A stretch of 64,000 bases of DNA from Candidatus Multivoradales bacterium (GCA_965248055.1 CBDFIJ010000004.1:2560001-2624000); one strand, 5' to 3'. Positions 8,674-18,346 are shown, numbered from the stretch's first letter. Made by a program: numbers and translations. The notes: generated by a model not told the origin, from the letters alone.

Positions 8674-10602
8674 ATGATGTACCTAGGGAGTACCAACTAT
8701 CGAGCTGCGGTCGCTGGATTGATCGCGATCACAGCGGTTGGTCTGGCTTGTTCCAAGGCCGGAGGAAGCATGTCCGCCGACGCCAAAGCCGGGCAGGAAG
8801 TTTTTGAACGTAACTGTGTCACTTGCCATACCGTGGGGCAGGGCAAGGGCATTGGACCGGACCTCGCGGGAATTGGCGAACGCCGCGATCGTGATTGGTT
8901 GGTGAAGTGGATTGATGACCCGATCGGTATGTCCAAGACCGACCCTCTGGGTCAGCAGTTGCTGACGGAGTGGAACAACATTCCGATGTCCGATTCCAAC
9001 CTCAACGCGCAGCAGATCGATCAGGTGTTGGCGTACATTGACCATGCCGGAAGTGCGGGTGCCACTGAGGTGGCGGATGACACCCCGGTCGAGTTAGACG
9101 AAGAGAAATTTGAACAGGCCAAAGGTATCTACTTTGACCGTTGCGCTGGCTGTCATGGCACGCTGCGCGCCGGAGCTACCGGACCCAATATTCAACCAGC
9201 TCGGACGCAAGAGCTCGGCACCTCGACCATCAAGGCGATTCTCAACAACGGGCTTCCCGGCGGCATGCCACCATGGGGCCGGATGGGAATTTTGAGCCAA
9301 GAAGACATTGGTTTGATGGCGGCCTATATTCAGCAAGAGCCACCGACCCCACCGGGCCTAGACCTGGATGAAATTCGCGAGACTTGGGAGGTCAAGATCC
9401 CGATCGCCGATCGACCCACCGAGCCGCAGACGGAGTACAACTGGGAAGATTTTTTCGGCGTCATTCTGCGCGATGCAGGTCAGGTGGCGATCCTTGACGG
9501 CGACAGCAAGGAATTGATCGAGATCGTCGATACCGGCTTTGCAGTACACATCTTGCGCTCCTCGTCTTCAGGACGCTACTTCTACGCCATTGGCCGCGAT
9601 GGCAGAGTAACCCTGATCGATTTGTGGACCGAGAAACCGACCTTGGTGGCCCAGGTGCAAGGCTGCTATGACGCTCGCAGCGTCGAGGGCAGTAAGTATC
9701 AGGGTTATGAAGACAAGCTGATTATCGAGGGATGTTACTGGCCGCCGCAGTACGTCATCTTTGATGGTTTGACCCTCGAGCCGTTGCAGGTTACGAGCGT
9801 CCTCACTCCGACCTACGACACCAACGAGAAGTTGGAAGAAGTCCGGGTGGCCTCGATCGTCGCCTCTCACTACGATCCGTTGTGGGTGGTCAGTCTCAAG
9901 GAGTCTGGTCATGTGGCGCTGGTGGATTACTCCCAGCCCGACTTCCCGATGGTGAGCAAGATCGCCGCTGAGCGGTTCTTGCACGATGGTGGTTGGGACA
10001 ACGACAAGCGTTACTTCATGGTCGCGGCCAATATGCGTAACCAAATCGCGGTTGTTGACGTCAAAGAAAAGAAGTTGGTCACCAAATTTGAGACCGGCAT
10101 TAAGCCTCATCCTGGCCGTGGCGCCAATTGGTTGGATCCAGAGTACGGCTGGGTTAACGCCACCACCCATTTGGGTGAAGGCAAATTGGCGGTCTACGGA
10201 GCGGATCCTGAGGGCAGTCCGGAACACGCTTGGAAGGTGGTACGGGAAATCGAACTACCTTCTTCGGGAAGCTTGTTCTTGAAGACCCATCCTTATTCCA
10301 ACTGGGTATGGATGGATTTTTCCCTCAGTGCTGACGAAAACCTGACCCGTCAAGTGTGTGTCTACTCCAAGCAAGAGGCCAAGGTGCACAAGTGCTGGCA
10401 GCCCACTGACTACGGTCGCACTGTCCACTTCGAGTACAACCAAGCCGGTGACGAGGTGTGGATCTCAGGTTGGGACCCTGAGGGTCAACTGGTGGTCTAC
10501 GACGACAAGAGCCTGGAAGAGATCGCCCGGATTCAGGGTGATTGGCTCAAGACGCCAACCGGCAAGTTCAACGTTTACAACACCGCGCACGACGTCTACT
10601 AG
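8674..10602 (+). CDS. nirS: Cytochrome cd1 nitrite reductase with lipoprotein signal and an extra N-terminal cytochrome c domain
   Basis: Lipobox-like GLAC; CVTCH and CAGCH heme c sites; d1 ligand AVHILR; catalytic FLHDGG and PHPGRGAN; C-terminal TPTGKFNVYNT. Confidence 0.92.
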   Translation: MMYLGSTNYRAAVAGLIAITAVGLACSKAGGSMSADAKAGQEVFERNCVTCHTVGQGKGIGPDLAGIGERRDRDWLVKWIDDPIGMSKTDPLGQQLLTEWNNIPMSDSNLNAQQIDQVLAYIDHAGSAGATEVADDTPVELDEEKFEQAKGIYFDRCAGCHGTLRAGATGPNIQPARTQELGTSTIKAILNNGLPGGMPPWGRMGILSQEDIGLMAAYIQQEPPTPPGLDLDEIRETWEVKIPIADRPTEPQTEYNWEDFFGVILRDAGQVAILDGDSKELIEIVDTGFAVHILRSSSSGRYFYAIGRDGRVTLIDLWTEKPTLVAQVQGCYDARSVEGSKYQGYEDKLIIEGCYWPPQYVIFDGLTLEPLQVTSVLTPTYDTNEKLEEVRVASIVASHYDPLWVVSLKESGHVALVDYSQPDFPMVSKIAAERFLHDGGWDNDKRYFMVAANMRNQIAVVDVKEKKLVTKFETGIKPHPGRGANWLDPEYGWVNATTHLGEGKLAVYGADPEGSPEHAWKVVREIELPSSGSLFLKTHPYSNWVWMDFSLSADENLTRQVCVYSKQEAKVHKCWQPTDYGRTVHFEYNQAGDEVWISGWDPEGQLVVYDDKSLEEIARIQGDWLKTPTGKFNVYNTAHDVY

Positions 10603-10628
10603 TCGAGCGAAGTTGTCTTTCGTCCTTT

Positions 10629-10660
10629 GGGCGGGTGCTTTGCACCCGCCCTCCTTTTTT
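10629..10660 (+). terminator. Intrinsic terminator after nirS
   Basis: gggcgggtgc-ttt-gcacccgccc followed by tcctttttt. Confidence 0.85.
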
Positions 10661-10687
10661 GTGGATCTCTACCGCGGAGTAGTGGAG

Positions 10688-11161
10688 TTGAAGTTGCCAA
10701 AGAGAAGGCTCTTTGGTGCTTGTGCCCTTGTTGGCTTGTTAGGCGGTTGCTCGGGTTCACCGCCGGCCGATGGGTCCATCAACGGTAGCTACCAACATCG
10801 TCATCAAGTGTTTGTCTTCCACGGCAGTGAACCCACCGAGGTTGAGGTGATTGACCGTTTGACTCTGTCGCGGGAGGGCAACGAGTTGACCATGGATCTG
10901 ACCCTGTACACCATGTCAGGAGAGACCTGCAGTGCTCAGGGTCGAGTCAAGTGGGCCGGTCCTGGTTATCGCTTGGAACGGAATGACAAGCGGGCAGAGA
11001 CAGGAGATTGTGACCTCCGGTTGGTTCCAAAACCCGGCACGCTCGTTTTGCGCTCTGCTGGATCACACTGCGGAGAGATTTTGTGTGGGGGTGCGGTGAA
11101 CCTCAATCCAGGCGAGCAGCCACTCACGTTCGTTCGCCAACCGAGGCAGGGACCATCCTAG
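10688..11161 (+). CDS. Hypothetical lipoprotein
   Basis: TTG start after ggag; basic N-terminus, hydrophobic stretch and lipobox LGGC; four further Cys. Confidence 0.55.
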   Translation: MKLPKRRLFGACALVGLLGGCSGSPPADGSINGSYQHRHQVFVFHGSEPTEVEVIDRLTLSREGNELTMDLTLYTMSGETCSAQGRVKWAGPGYRLERNDKRAETGDCDLRLVPKPGTLVLRSAGSHCGEILCGGAVNLNPGEQPLTFVRQPRQGPS

Positions 11162-11706
11162 TCGGCAGGCTGGTAGACCTTGAGTTCGCCGTCCTCCTGG
11201 TCGAGTAGAACCAAGGTGATGCGGTCCTTAGCCAGGGTTACTTCACGGTCGAGAAAATAGCGAGGAATGCGGGCGAACGCGCTTTGTGCTGTTTGTGCCA
11301 TCCCCGGAGGTTCGATGGGTGTCATCGAAACCTCCAGGCGCTTGACCCCTGGGTCGATAGTAACCTCTTGATCGACAATCAAAGGTCGATCTCCGCGTAC
11401 CCCGCCGGGGTCTGCTTGCACCGTGATCACTTCATAACCGTCGAGTGTTGCGCGGACTTGATAGGTGGGCGAGATTCCTTCACAGACAGTCGGTTGTCGC
11501 ATGTGAAACGGCAGGGCTTCTAGTTCCTCCGGGCTGCGGTCCCGGCACACTTCTAGACGCGTGTTGACGGTGCGCAAAGACAGTCTCAGAGTTGCCTCAC
11601 CAATCGAACGGCCAAAGGGAATCTGGCCGGCGAGCACCACCGCTGCGAGCAAAGACGCGGTGACCAAGACGCGAGCTGCTGTCGAAAGCCAACTAGAGCT
11701 CGACAT
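11158..11706 (-). CDS. Membrane-anchored hypothetical protein, coupled to the cytochrome b fusion gene
   Basis: N-terminal TM helix, motif C...PFHMRQPTVC; overlaps the end of the upstream gene. Confidence 0.7.
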   Translation of the reverse strand: MSSSSWLSTAARVLVTASLLAAVVLAGQIPFGRSIGEATLRLSLRTVNTRLEVCRDRSPEELEALPFHMRQPTVCEGISPTYQVRATLDGYEVITVQADPGGVRGDRPLIVDQEVTIDPGVKRLEVSMTPIEPPGMAQTAQSAFARIPRYFLDREVTLAKDRITLVLLDQEDGELKVYQPAD

Positions 11707-13333
11707 ATTGCACCTTGCAGTCACGCTCGACGCTGATCTCTCTTTCAATCACCACCGGTTCGAGCTCTTCGAGTTGGGCGCGAAACGCCGCTACTGCTCG
11801 CCGTGCTTGCGCGCCTTCACCCGGAGCGAAGGCCGCCACCTTGACCCTGCGCTTGTCGACCCGAGTACGCAGTTCGGCTTCACGGTCGCGGTACACTCTT
11901 TCGTTCAACCAGCGGGGCCCCTCCCGGTATAGGCAGTCGCGTTCGGGACAGGTCAAAAGCATCACGCCACCGGCTCCGGAGCGCAAAAGATATTCAATCG
12001 CCGAAGTGTGAACCGAGCCTGAGCAGCCACTGGTGAGGGGTAGAAAGTCAGAACCCGGAGGCGGCTGCCAGCGATCGCCCAGGCCATGGCCACAGGGAAT
12101 TACGATCACTTGATCCGCAGACGGTTGGTGGCGGTTGAGAAAATCTTTGACCGCTTGGAGCTGATCGCGCCCAGATCGACCGGCAGGACCAACCACCATC
12201 GGAGCGCAGGACCCCGAGCAGATGGCGCAGCCGGTACAAGCATCTGGGTTGACGCGGGCAACCAGTTCCGAGTGTGATGACGGAACCGGACTGGCGACCA
12301 TCGAGATCGCGTCGTAAGGACAATCAAGGTAACACTGGGCGCACCCGGTGCAGTGCTCTTCGTCGACTACCGAGGTTTCAATGGTGTGAGTCTTGGGGCG
12401 CCACCACCAGGGCACCGAGAACAAGACCACTGCGACACCCACCCAGGTGAGCAGGTGTACTAAAGGCGTCACCGAACGCGCCAGCGGCAACCAAAAGGCG
12501 TAGAACAGATCTAACGGCACGTTCACGGGCACCGCCAGCACGTCTGCCGCTGGGGGTAGGGGTACCGGAACGACAATCGCCAGAATTCCAACCGCCGCGA
12601 TAGCTCCATAGTGCAGGCCTCGCGGTGGTAAAAATTGAGCCCTAGCGACTTGGGAGATGTGAAGCCAGTAGAGAACTGCGATCCCCAGGGGCAGCGCCAC
12701 ATGGAGAAACAGGTTCATGAAGAAAAACGACCTGCCGATGGTTTCAGGCTGGGTGAAGGAACGGGTAATCGGCTCGGAGAAGATCGGTAGCAGGTCGGCG
12801 AGGCGTGCACCTTCCAGCGCCACCAACTGTCCTTGAACATCCCAGGCCATCACCAAGCCGGTCCAGCCGCACATCAACAGCACCGCCATCGAAATTAAGC
12901 CGCTGATCCAAGCCATTGCCCGAGGCCCCCAAGATCGCCCTGAGAGAAACATGCGAATTGCGTGAATCGCCACCGCAACCACCACCAAGTCAGCGGCGTA
13001 GCGATGTATCGAGCGAATCCAGCCTCCGTGCCAAGTGGCGTCCAGTCGTGAGACCGATCCGTAGGGGTCGGAGACTTTGTACAGCAGGAATAAGTAGACA
13101 CCGGTTACCAACGTGACTAACAAGAAGGTCATCGCCAGCGGCCCGGTCTTGTAGAGGGGGTTCCAATTAGCGGTGAACACCCGATTGAACCAAGAGTCGA
13201 TTGCTAGCAGCGCTCGATATGGAGCGCCTGCTCCGCTTGGAAGCGGCACTCTTTGCACGGCACCTGGAGTCGCCGTGATCCGCTCTCTGGGGAGACTGTT
13301 TTGACCTCGATGTTGGGGATCCGTTTCACTCAT
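11693..13333 (-). CDS. Cytochrome b (N-terminal) + 2[4Fe-4S] ferredoxin + MvhD-like [2Fe-2S] fusion protein
   Basis: Heme b His pairs SIHRY..AIHAI and FLHVA..WLHIS; CTGCAQCYLDCP and CTGCAICSGSC; MvhD-like CSGSV and CPERDCLYREG. Confidence 0.85.
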   Translation of the reverse strand: MSETDPQHRGQNSLPRERITATPGAVQRVPLPSGAGAPYRALLAIDSWFNRVFTANWNPLYKTGPLAMTFLLVTLVTGVYLFLLYKVSDPYGSVSRLDATWHGGWIRSIHRYAADLVVVAVAIHAIRMFLSGRSWGPRAMAWISGLISMAVLLMCGWTGLVMAWDVQGQLVALEGARLADLLPIFSEPITRSFTQPETIGRSFFFMNLFLHVALPLGIAVLYWLHISQVARAQFLPPRGLHYGAIAAVGILAIVVPVPLPPAADVLAVPVNVPLDLFYAFWLPLARSVTPLVHLLTWVGVAVVLFSVPWWWRPKTHTIETSVVDEEHCTGCAQCYLDCPYDAISMVASPVPSSHSELVARVNPDACTGCAICSGSCAPMVVGPAGRSGRDQLQAVKDFLNRHQPSADQVIVIPCGHGLGDRWQPPPGSDFLPLTSGCSGSVHTSAIEYLLRSGAGGVMLLTCPERDCLYREGPRWLNERVYRDREAELRTRVDKRRVKVAAFAPGEGAQARRAVAAFRAQLEELEPVVIEREISVERDCKVQYVEL

Positions 13334-13432
13334 CAGTAAATTTCAATGGATTGGGAAGATCTTAGCGTTAGCGCTGAACACGCCTCGGGGATTGTGTTGA
13401 CATATTGGATAGCTAGATACATCATAGGTAGC

Positions 13433-13957
13433 ATGATTGATGAAAAAGACCTTGAAATTTTGACAATGTTGCAATCTGGGGAGCGAGTTTCCAACTCCGA
13501 AATAGCGCGTGGCGTCGCCATGACGCCCTCTGGAGTCCTGGAGCGCATTCGCCGCTTGCGGCAACGGGGTGTCCTGCAGGGCTTTTATGCCGCGATTGAC
13601 GCCGAAAAAGTTGGTTTCGGGTTGCTCGCCTTTGTCTTTGTCAGAACTCAAGAGCGTGCCGGCGAAAAGAGGGTTGGCGAGGCCCTGGCTGCGTTGCGCG
13701 AAGTGCTGGAGGTTCATCATGTTGCTGGCGAGGACTGCTACTTGGTCAAGGTTCGAGCATCCAGCCCACGAGCTTTGGGGGCGATCTTACGCGAGCGCAT
13801 CGGGGCAATGCCCGAGGTCACTTCGACTCGCTCGACGGTGGTGTTGGAAAGCCACAAAGAGACTCTCCAGCTTCCGTTGGCTACGGTCGGGGCTGCAGTT
13901 GGGGCTGCAGTTGGGGCCGGGGATGCGGCTGAGAACAGATCTGAGGTTGAGCTATGA
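13433..13957 (+). CDS. Lrp/AsnC family transcriptional regulator
   Basis: MIDEKDLEIL..SNSEIA..ERIRRL HTH; HHVAGEDCYLVKV. Confidence 0.92.
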   Translation: MIDEKDLEILTMLQSGERVSNSEIARGVAMTPSGVLERIRRLRQRGVLQGFYAAIDAEKVGFGLLAFVFVRTQERAGEKRVGEALAALREVLEVHHVAGEDCYLVKVRASSPRALGAILRERIGAMPEVTSTRSTVVLESHKETLQLPLATVGAAVGAAVGAGDAAENRSEVEL

Positions 13958-14928
13958 CCGCTCTGCTGGCCGAGTTGGGCGCCAAGCGGGTAGCTGCGTT
14001 GCTCTCGATCTATCTGATCTGGGGTTCGACCTATTTGGCGATTCGCGTGGTGATCGAGACCATGCCGCCATTCTTGACCTCGTCGATACGCTTCATGATT
14101 GCCGGCTTGCTGTTTTATGCCTGGGCGCGGCTGCGCGGTGCTGATCGGCCGAAGGCCATCCATTGGCGTTCTGCCTCGGTGGTTGGAGCCCTGCTGTTTC
14201 TTGGCGGCAATGGCGCTGTGGTTTGGGCGGAACAATGGCTCGCTTCTGGCATGGTGGCGATGTTGATCGCTACTGAACCGCTGGCGATCGCACTGTTGCT
14301 CGCCTTCTGGCCTGGCGAAACCCATCGCCCTGGCTGGAAGACATTTGCCGCATTGGGGGTTGGCTTTGGCGGTGCGATTCTCCTGGCCCTGAGCGGGGGT
14401 GTGGTGTCGGATAGTCCAGCACCGTGGTTTGCGCCTTGGGTTGTCTTGCTGGGCACCGCGAGTTGGGCGACCGGATCTCTCTACAGCCGCGACGCGCCAG
14501 CGGCCAAGAGTCCGGTGATGACCACCGGCATGCAGATGTTTACCGGCGGGGTGTTCTTGGGTGTCATGGCGCTGGTGCGAAACGAACCCGCAGCCGTCGA
14601 CCCCAGTGGTTTTTCCACCGCGTCGATTGTGGCGTTTTTCTACTTGATGATCTTTGGTTCGATGATCGCTTTTGGCGCCTACTCGTGGTTGCTGCGCACC
14701 ACCGATCCGACCTTGATCTCGACCTACGCATACGTCAACCCGATGATCGCAGTATTCCTGGGATGGCTGTTGATGAGTGAGCCGATTGGCGGCAAGACGA
14801 TTGTTGCCTCGGCGTTGATTGTCAGTGCGGTGATCGTGGTCTTGCGCCGCAGACCCGAGCCGACTACGGACCGTCCGGCACCTCCGATTCCTGAGGCCTG
14901 CCTCGGTGAGTTGAAGGACACCGGATAG
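13954..14928 (+). CDS. EamA/DMT family transporter
   Basis: IYLIWGSTYLAIR, YAYVNPMIAVFLG, ~10 TM helices. Confidence 0.92.
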   Translation: MTALLAELGAKRVAALLSIYLIWGSTYLAIRVVIETMPPFLTSSIRFMIAGLLFYAWARLRGADRPKAIHWRSASVVGALLFLGGNGAVVWAEQWLASGMVAMLIATEPLAIALLLAFWPGETHRPGWKTFAALGVGFGGAILLALSGGVVSDSPAPWFAPWVVLLGTASWATGSLYSRDAPAAKSPVMTTGMQMFTGGVFLGVMALVRNEPAAVDPSGFSTASIVAFFYLMIFGSMIAFGAYSWLLRTTDPTLISTYAYVNPMIAVFLGWLLMSEPIGGKTIVASALIVSAVIVVLRRRPEPTTDRPAPPIPEACLGELKDTG

Positions 14929-14996
14929 TCGCGAGCCGACCCGTTTTTGGGGCCAGGCTGAGATCAACGGTGGCAAACCCTAGAGCCGCTTACACC

Positions 14997-16220
14997 TTAG
15001 AACGAGATTTGCGTCCACAACCACCACTTGGTGGTATCTGTGGAGTGTGCTTCCGCTTCATAACTGGCGGTCTTTAGAGCGAAAGTTTGGCCCCATTGAG
15101 TCTTGTAGCTGACCACTGCGTCCAACTCGCTGCCGTAGGAGGCGCTGCCGTTGTCAGCGCTGAAGTCATGGTAGATGCCGGACCAACCCCAGGGTCCGTG
15201 GGTGCTTGCCACCGAGAGATAGACGTCTTTCAAACCGTTGGCCGGGGTGGCCAAAAATTTGTCGGCCCAACCGTTGAACTTGTGCAGAGTTCCCAGCGGT
15301 GTGCGGAAGGCTCCATCGGGGCCGCCGGACAATACCTCTAGCCCCACTTTGACCGTCACCGGGTTAAGAGCCGCGCCGGCCATCAGGTGCAGATAGTCAG
15401 CACTGATATCGGCCGGATTGTCACCGCTATCCGACTGGTTGGCGTACTCCGCTTCGTACAACCAGGAGCGACTGTCGCCCCAAGGCTGTTTGCCAGCGAA
15501 CTCAGCCCCGAAGGTGGTGGTCGATAAACCGGCTAAGTGGTCGTAGTCGAGCGCCAGCACATAGCCGCGCACAGTTGGGGAAACCGAACTTCCCGGAGTG
15601 CCTAGGGCAAACTTCGCCTCTGCCAGATGGCTTGACATATCGACTGTGGCGCCGACGATGCGATGGGCTTTGCCCAGATATGCGTAGGTAAGTTCTATGT
15701 TGTCGGTTGCCTGGTAGCCCACTCGTAAGGCGTCAAAGGTTTGATGGTGCTGGCGCCAGCCGACCGCGCCAACGAAGCGTTGATCTGCCCACTTGATCTC
15801 TTGGCGACCGAGTTTGGCGTTGAAGTCGTCGTCTGTGTAGCTGAGGGTCGCTTCCTGCACCGAAGTGACGGCCGGGTCGGCGATCACCGGGCGATCGCGC
15901 ACCCCGTTGTCAAGATGACCGGCGCCAGCATTGCGGTAGTCGTCGGAGCCAAGGACCGCGACGTTCTCCGCTGCCAAGCCAAGCGTCCAGCCTTTGTACG
16001 CCTTGGATTTGTATCCTAAGGCGGTGCGCAAGGTACCCGCGGTGGCGTCTTTGGTACTGGCGTCGTCATCCACCGTCTCGATCCGATAGCGAAAGCTCAG
16101 TTGCACCTCACCATCGGTCAACGCCTGCTTCAGCGTCGCCTCCGTTTCTTCTCCGAATAGGGGGATTAGACCAACAAGCGCGCACGCTGCTGCCAGTGTC
16201 ATGGTCCATTTACCGTTCAT
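14997..16220 (-). CDS. Alginate-export-family outer membrane porin
   Basis: Signal peptide; GRQEI..DQRFVGAVGWRQHHQTFD; FRTPLGTLHKFNGWADKF; terminal Phe. Confidence 0.8.
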   Translation of the reverse strand: MNGKWTMTLAAACALVGLIPLFGEETEATLKQALTDGEVQLSFRYRIETVDDDASTKDATAGTLRTALGYKSKAYKGWTLGLAAENVAVLGSDDYRNAGAGHLDNGVRDRPVIADPAVTSVQEATLSYTDDDFNAKLGRQEIKWADQRFVGAVGWRQHHQTFDALRVGYQATDNIELTYAYLGKAHRIVGATVDMSSHLAEAKFALGTPGSSVSPTVRGYVLALDYDHLAGLSTTTFGAEFAGKQPWGDSRSWLYEAEYANQSDSGDNPADISADYLHLMAGAALNPVTVKVGLEVLSGGPDGAFRTPLGTLHKFNGWADKFLATPANGLKDVYLSVASTHGPWGWSGIYHDFSADNGSASYGSELDAVVSYKTQWGQTFALKTASYEAEAHSTDTTKWWLWTQISF

Positions 16221-16322
16221 GATTCCTCCGAATGTCTCTTGGTGTACGGTTAGTTATAGGATCAGCATGCGTGGGAGGTTTTTGTCTTTTTAAGTAATCC
16301 CATGCGAGAATAGGATTTTATC

Positions 16323-16733
16323 ATGCTTTCGCAAACAGCGATCCACGCCGTCAACGCAATTCAGAAGCTAGCGCAAGCTAGTGAAGGTCAATATTTTGGG
16401 GCCTCTGCCTTGGCTCGCAGCATTGGTGCTCCGGAAAATTATTTGGGAAAACTGCTGGCAATTTTGGGGGAAAACCAAATTCTCGAATCGCGCCGCGGAC
16501 TCGGTGGGGGATTTCGTTTGGCCCGACCCGCAGAAGAGATCACCGTCTACGAAGTGGTCGCCCCGTTTGATCGACTGCATGCCTGGAAGTCCTGCGTCCT
16601 TGGCCTCAGCGACTGCTCCGACGACGAACCATGTGCCCTCCATGACATGTGGAAAATCGGTCGTGAGCGATGCCTGGAGATGCTTGAGAACTCCACCGTC
16701 GCCGATTTACGCGACTCGCCCAAACAAGCCTAG
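16323..16733 (+). CDS. Rrf2 family transcriptional regulator (Fe-S type)
   Basis: SRRGLGGGFRLARPAEEIT; CVLGLSDCSDDEPCALH. Confidence 0.92.
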   Translation: MLSQTAIHAVNAIQKLAQASEGQYFGASALARSIGAPENYLGKLLAILGENQILESRRGLGGGFRLARPAEEITVYEVVAPFDRLHAWKSCVLGLSDCSDDEPCALHDMWKIGRERCLEMLENSTVADLRDSPKQA

Positions 16734-16757
16734 TCGTCACTGCTAGCATTTCTACAC

Positions 16758-16856
16758 GGAAGCGCTCGGGGGCTGGTGCCTCCCGCGGTCTTCAAAACCG
16801 TTGTCCCGTTCCGGATCGGCTCGGGGGGTGGGTTCGATTCCCATGCGCTTCCGCCA
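16758..16856 (+). tRNA. selC: tRNA-Sec(UCA)
   Basis: 8-bp acceptor stem GGAAGCGC/GCGCTTCC, anticodon loop CTTCAAA, long variable arm, GTTCGATTC, GCCA end; 99 nt. Confidence 0.95.
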
Positions 16857-16945
16857 CCTAAGACACTAAAAATAAGTCACTTACAAGAGAGTTACTGTCG
16901 TGGTGCGGTGCCCGGTGGAAATGATTGCATGCCCGATTTGCGCTC

Positions 16946-16967
16946 CATGGCACACTCATGGCACACT
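16946..16967 (+). promoter_or_regulatory. Putative integrase arm-type sites (11-bp tandem repeat)
   Basis: catggcacact x2; related tggtgcactca-tggtgcagt at 42584-42603 near the other end. Confidence 0.55.
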
Positions 16968-16998
16968 TGTTCTCAACAATTGACGAGTACCGGCACCG

Positions 16999-18057
16999 AT
17001 GGCAACAATCCAAAAAAGGACTTCAAAGAGCGGTCACACAAGTTATCGGGTCATGGTTCGCCTCAGAGGCTACCCAGTGCAGTACGCGACCTTCGACCGA
17101 AAGACGGATGCCAAGCGCTGGGGGCAGCAGACTGAATCTGCAATCAAAGAAGGTCGGCACTTTCGCACCAGTCAAGCCAGAAAGCACACTCTCGCAGAGC
17201 TTGTCGACCGGTATTTTGAAGAGGTACTCCCGACGAAGTTGGCGGTAACTGCCAGGGAACAGCGGCGCCATCTTGCCCGGTGGAAGCAGGAACTCGGTGC
17301 CTATGTTCTGGCGGATGTGACCCCACCACTCATTGCACAGAAGCGAGATGCGCTCGCGCGTGGCACGACGGTGCGACACGAAAAACGAGCACCAGCCACA
17401 GTCAACCGATACCTCGGCGCCTTGAGCCATGCGTTTTCGATTGCGGTAAGAGAGTGGGAATGGATGGAGCACAACCCAGTGCGACGGGTCCGCCGCCTCA
17501 AAGAACCCCGAGGTCGAGTGCGCTTTCTTTCGGACGAAGAACGCATCCGACTACTCACCGTCTGCAAGGAAAGTTCGGATCGCCGTCTCTATCCACTGGT
17601 GGTACTCGCACTGTCCACGGGAGCGCGCCAAAGAGAGTTACTGCAACTCTCTTGGAAGGACGTAGATTTTATTCGTGGCGTTGCGGTCGTGCACCACACG
17701 AAGAACAATGAACGGCGAGCACTGCCACTTTCTGAATTTGCACGCGGTGTCTTGCAGGAGTTGAAGAAAGTGGAGCGGTTGGATTCGAATCTGGTTTTTG
17801 CTGGAGTGGATGGCAGAGCTCTTTTTCCGCGCAAGCAATGGGAGCGAATATTGCGGGAAGCATCAATTGAAGATTTCAGGTTCCATGACTTGCGGCACTC
17901 CGCTGCTAGCTATCTGGCCATGAACGGTGCGACGCTGGCTGAGATCGCTGAGATTCTCGGACATAAGACACTGGCGATGGTGAAGCGATATGCACATTTG
18001 ACCGAGCAACATACCAGTGACGTGGTTGCGCGGATGAACGACAAGATCTTTGGCTAG
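16999..18057 (+). CDS. Tyrosine recombinase / phage-type integrase
   Basis: Catalytic set TGAR, TKN, FHDLRH, LGHKT, RYAH. Confidence 0.96.
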   Translation: MATIQKRTSKSGHTSYRVMVRLRGYPVQYATFDRKTDAKRWGQQTESAIKEGRHFRTSQARKHTLAELVDRYFEEVLPTKLAVTAREQRRHLARWKQELGAYVLADVTPPLIAQKRDALARGTTVRHEKRAPATVNRYLGALSHAFSIAVREWEWMEHNPVRRVRRLKEPRGRVRFLSDEERIRLLTVCKESSDRRLYPLVVLALSTGARQRELLQLSWKDVDFIRGVAVVHHTKNNERRALPLSEFARGVLQELKKVERLDSNLVFAGVDGRALFPRKQWERILREASIEDFRFHDLRHSAASYLAMNGATLAEIAEILGHKTLAMVKRYAHLTEQHTSDVVARMNDKIFG

Positions 18058-18281
18058 GCGCTGCATGCACGACGGCTTTCGAGCCACGCATTGAACGCAT
18101 CTACGTCAATGAGGACACGGCGCCCCACGCGCACGAGCGCCTGATTTAGTCCATTCTCCTCAGCATTGAAGATGAGCCACCGAAGGCTACCTTCGGTGAT
18201 TGCGGGTACCGTGTCGATACCGACAGGTCGCGAGGCATCAACAATCTGTTGGACAGTACGAAGTTTTTCAAATTGAATCAT
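18054..18281 (-). CDS. Excisionase-like small DNA-binding protein
   Basis: RBS gaggag; TEGSLRWLIF..RVGRRVLIDVDAFNAWL; convergent with and overlapping the integrase; TTGACA upstream on the minus strand. Confidence 0.75.
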   Translation of the reverse strand: MIQFEKLRTVQQIVDASRPVGIDTVPAITEGSLRWLIFNAEENGLNQALVRVGRRVLIDVDAFNAWLESRRACSA

Positions 18282-18346
18282 GTTCCGTGTCTCCTCAGTT
18301 GCGAGGGTATGCACACGGCTACTGCGTTGTCAAGAAAAATGACTTG

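Noticed and set aside
13885-13918. 12-bp tandem repeat (VGAA) in the Lrp tail as a contingency locus
   Set aside because: In-frame, only 2-3 units, in a disordered tail
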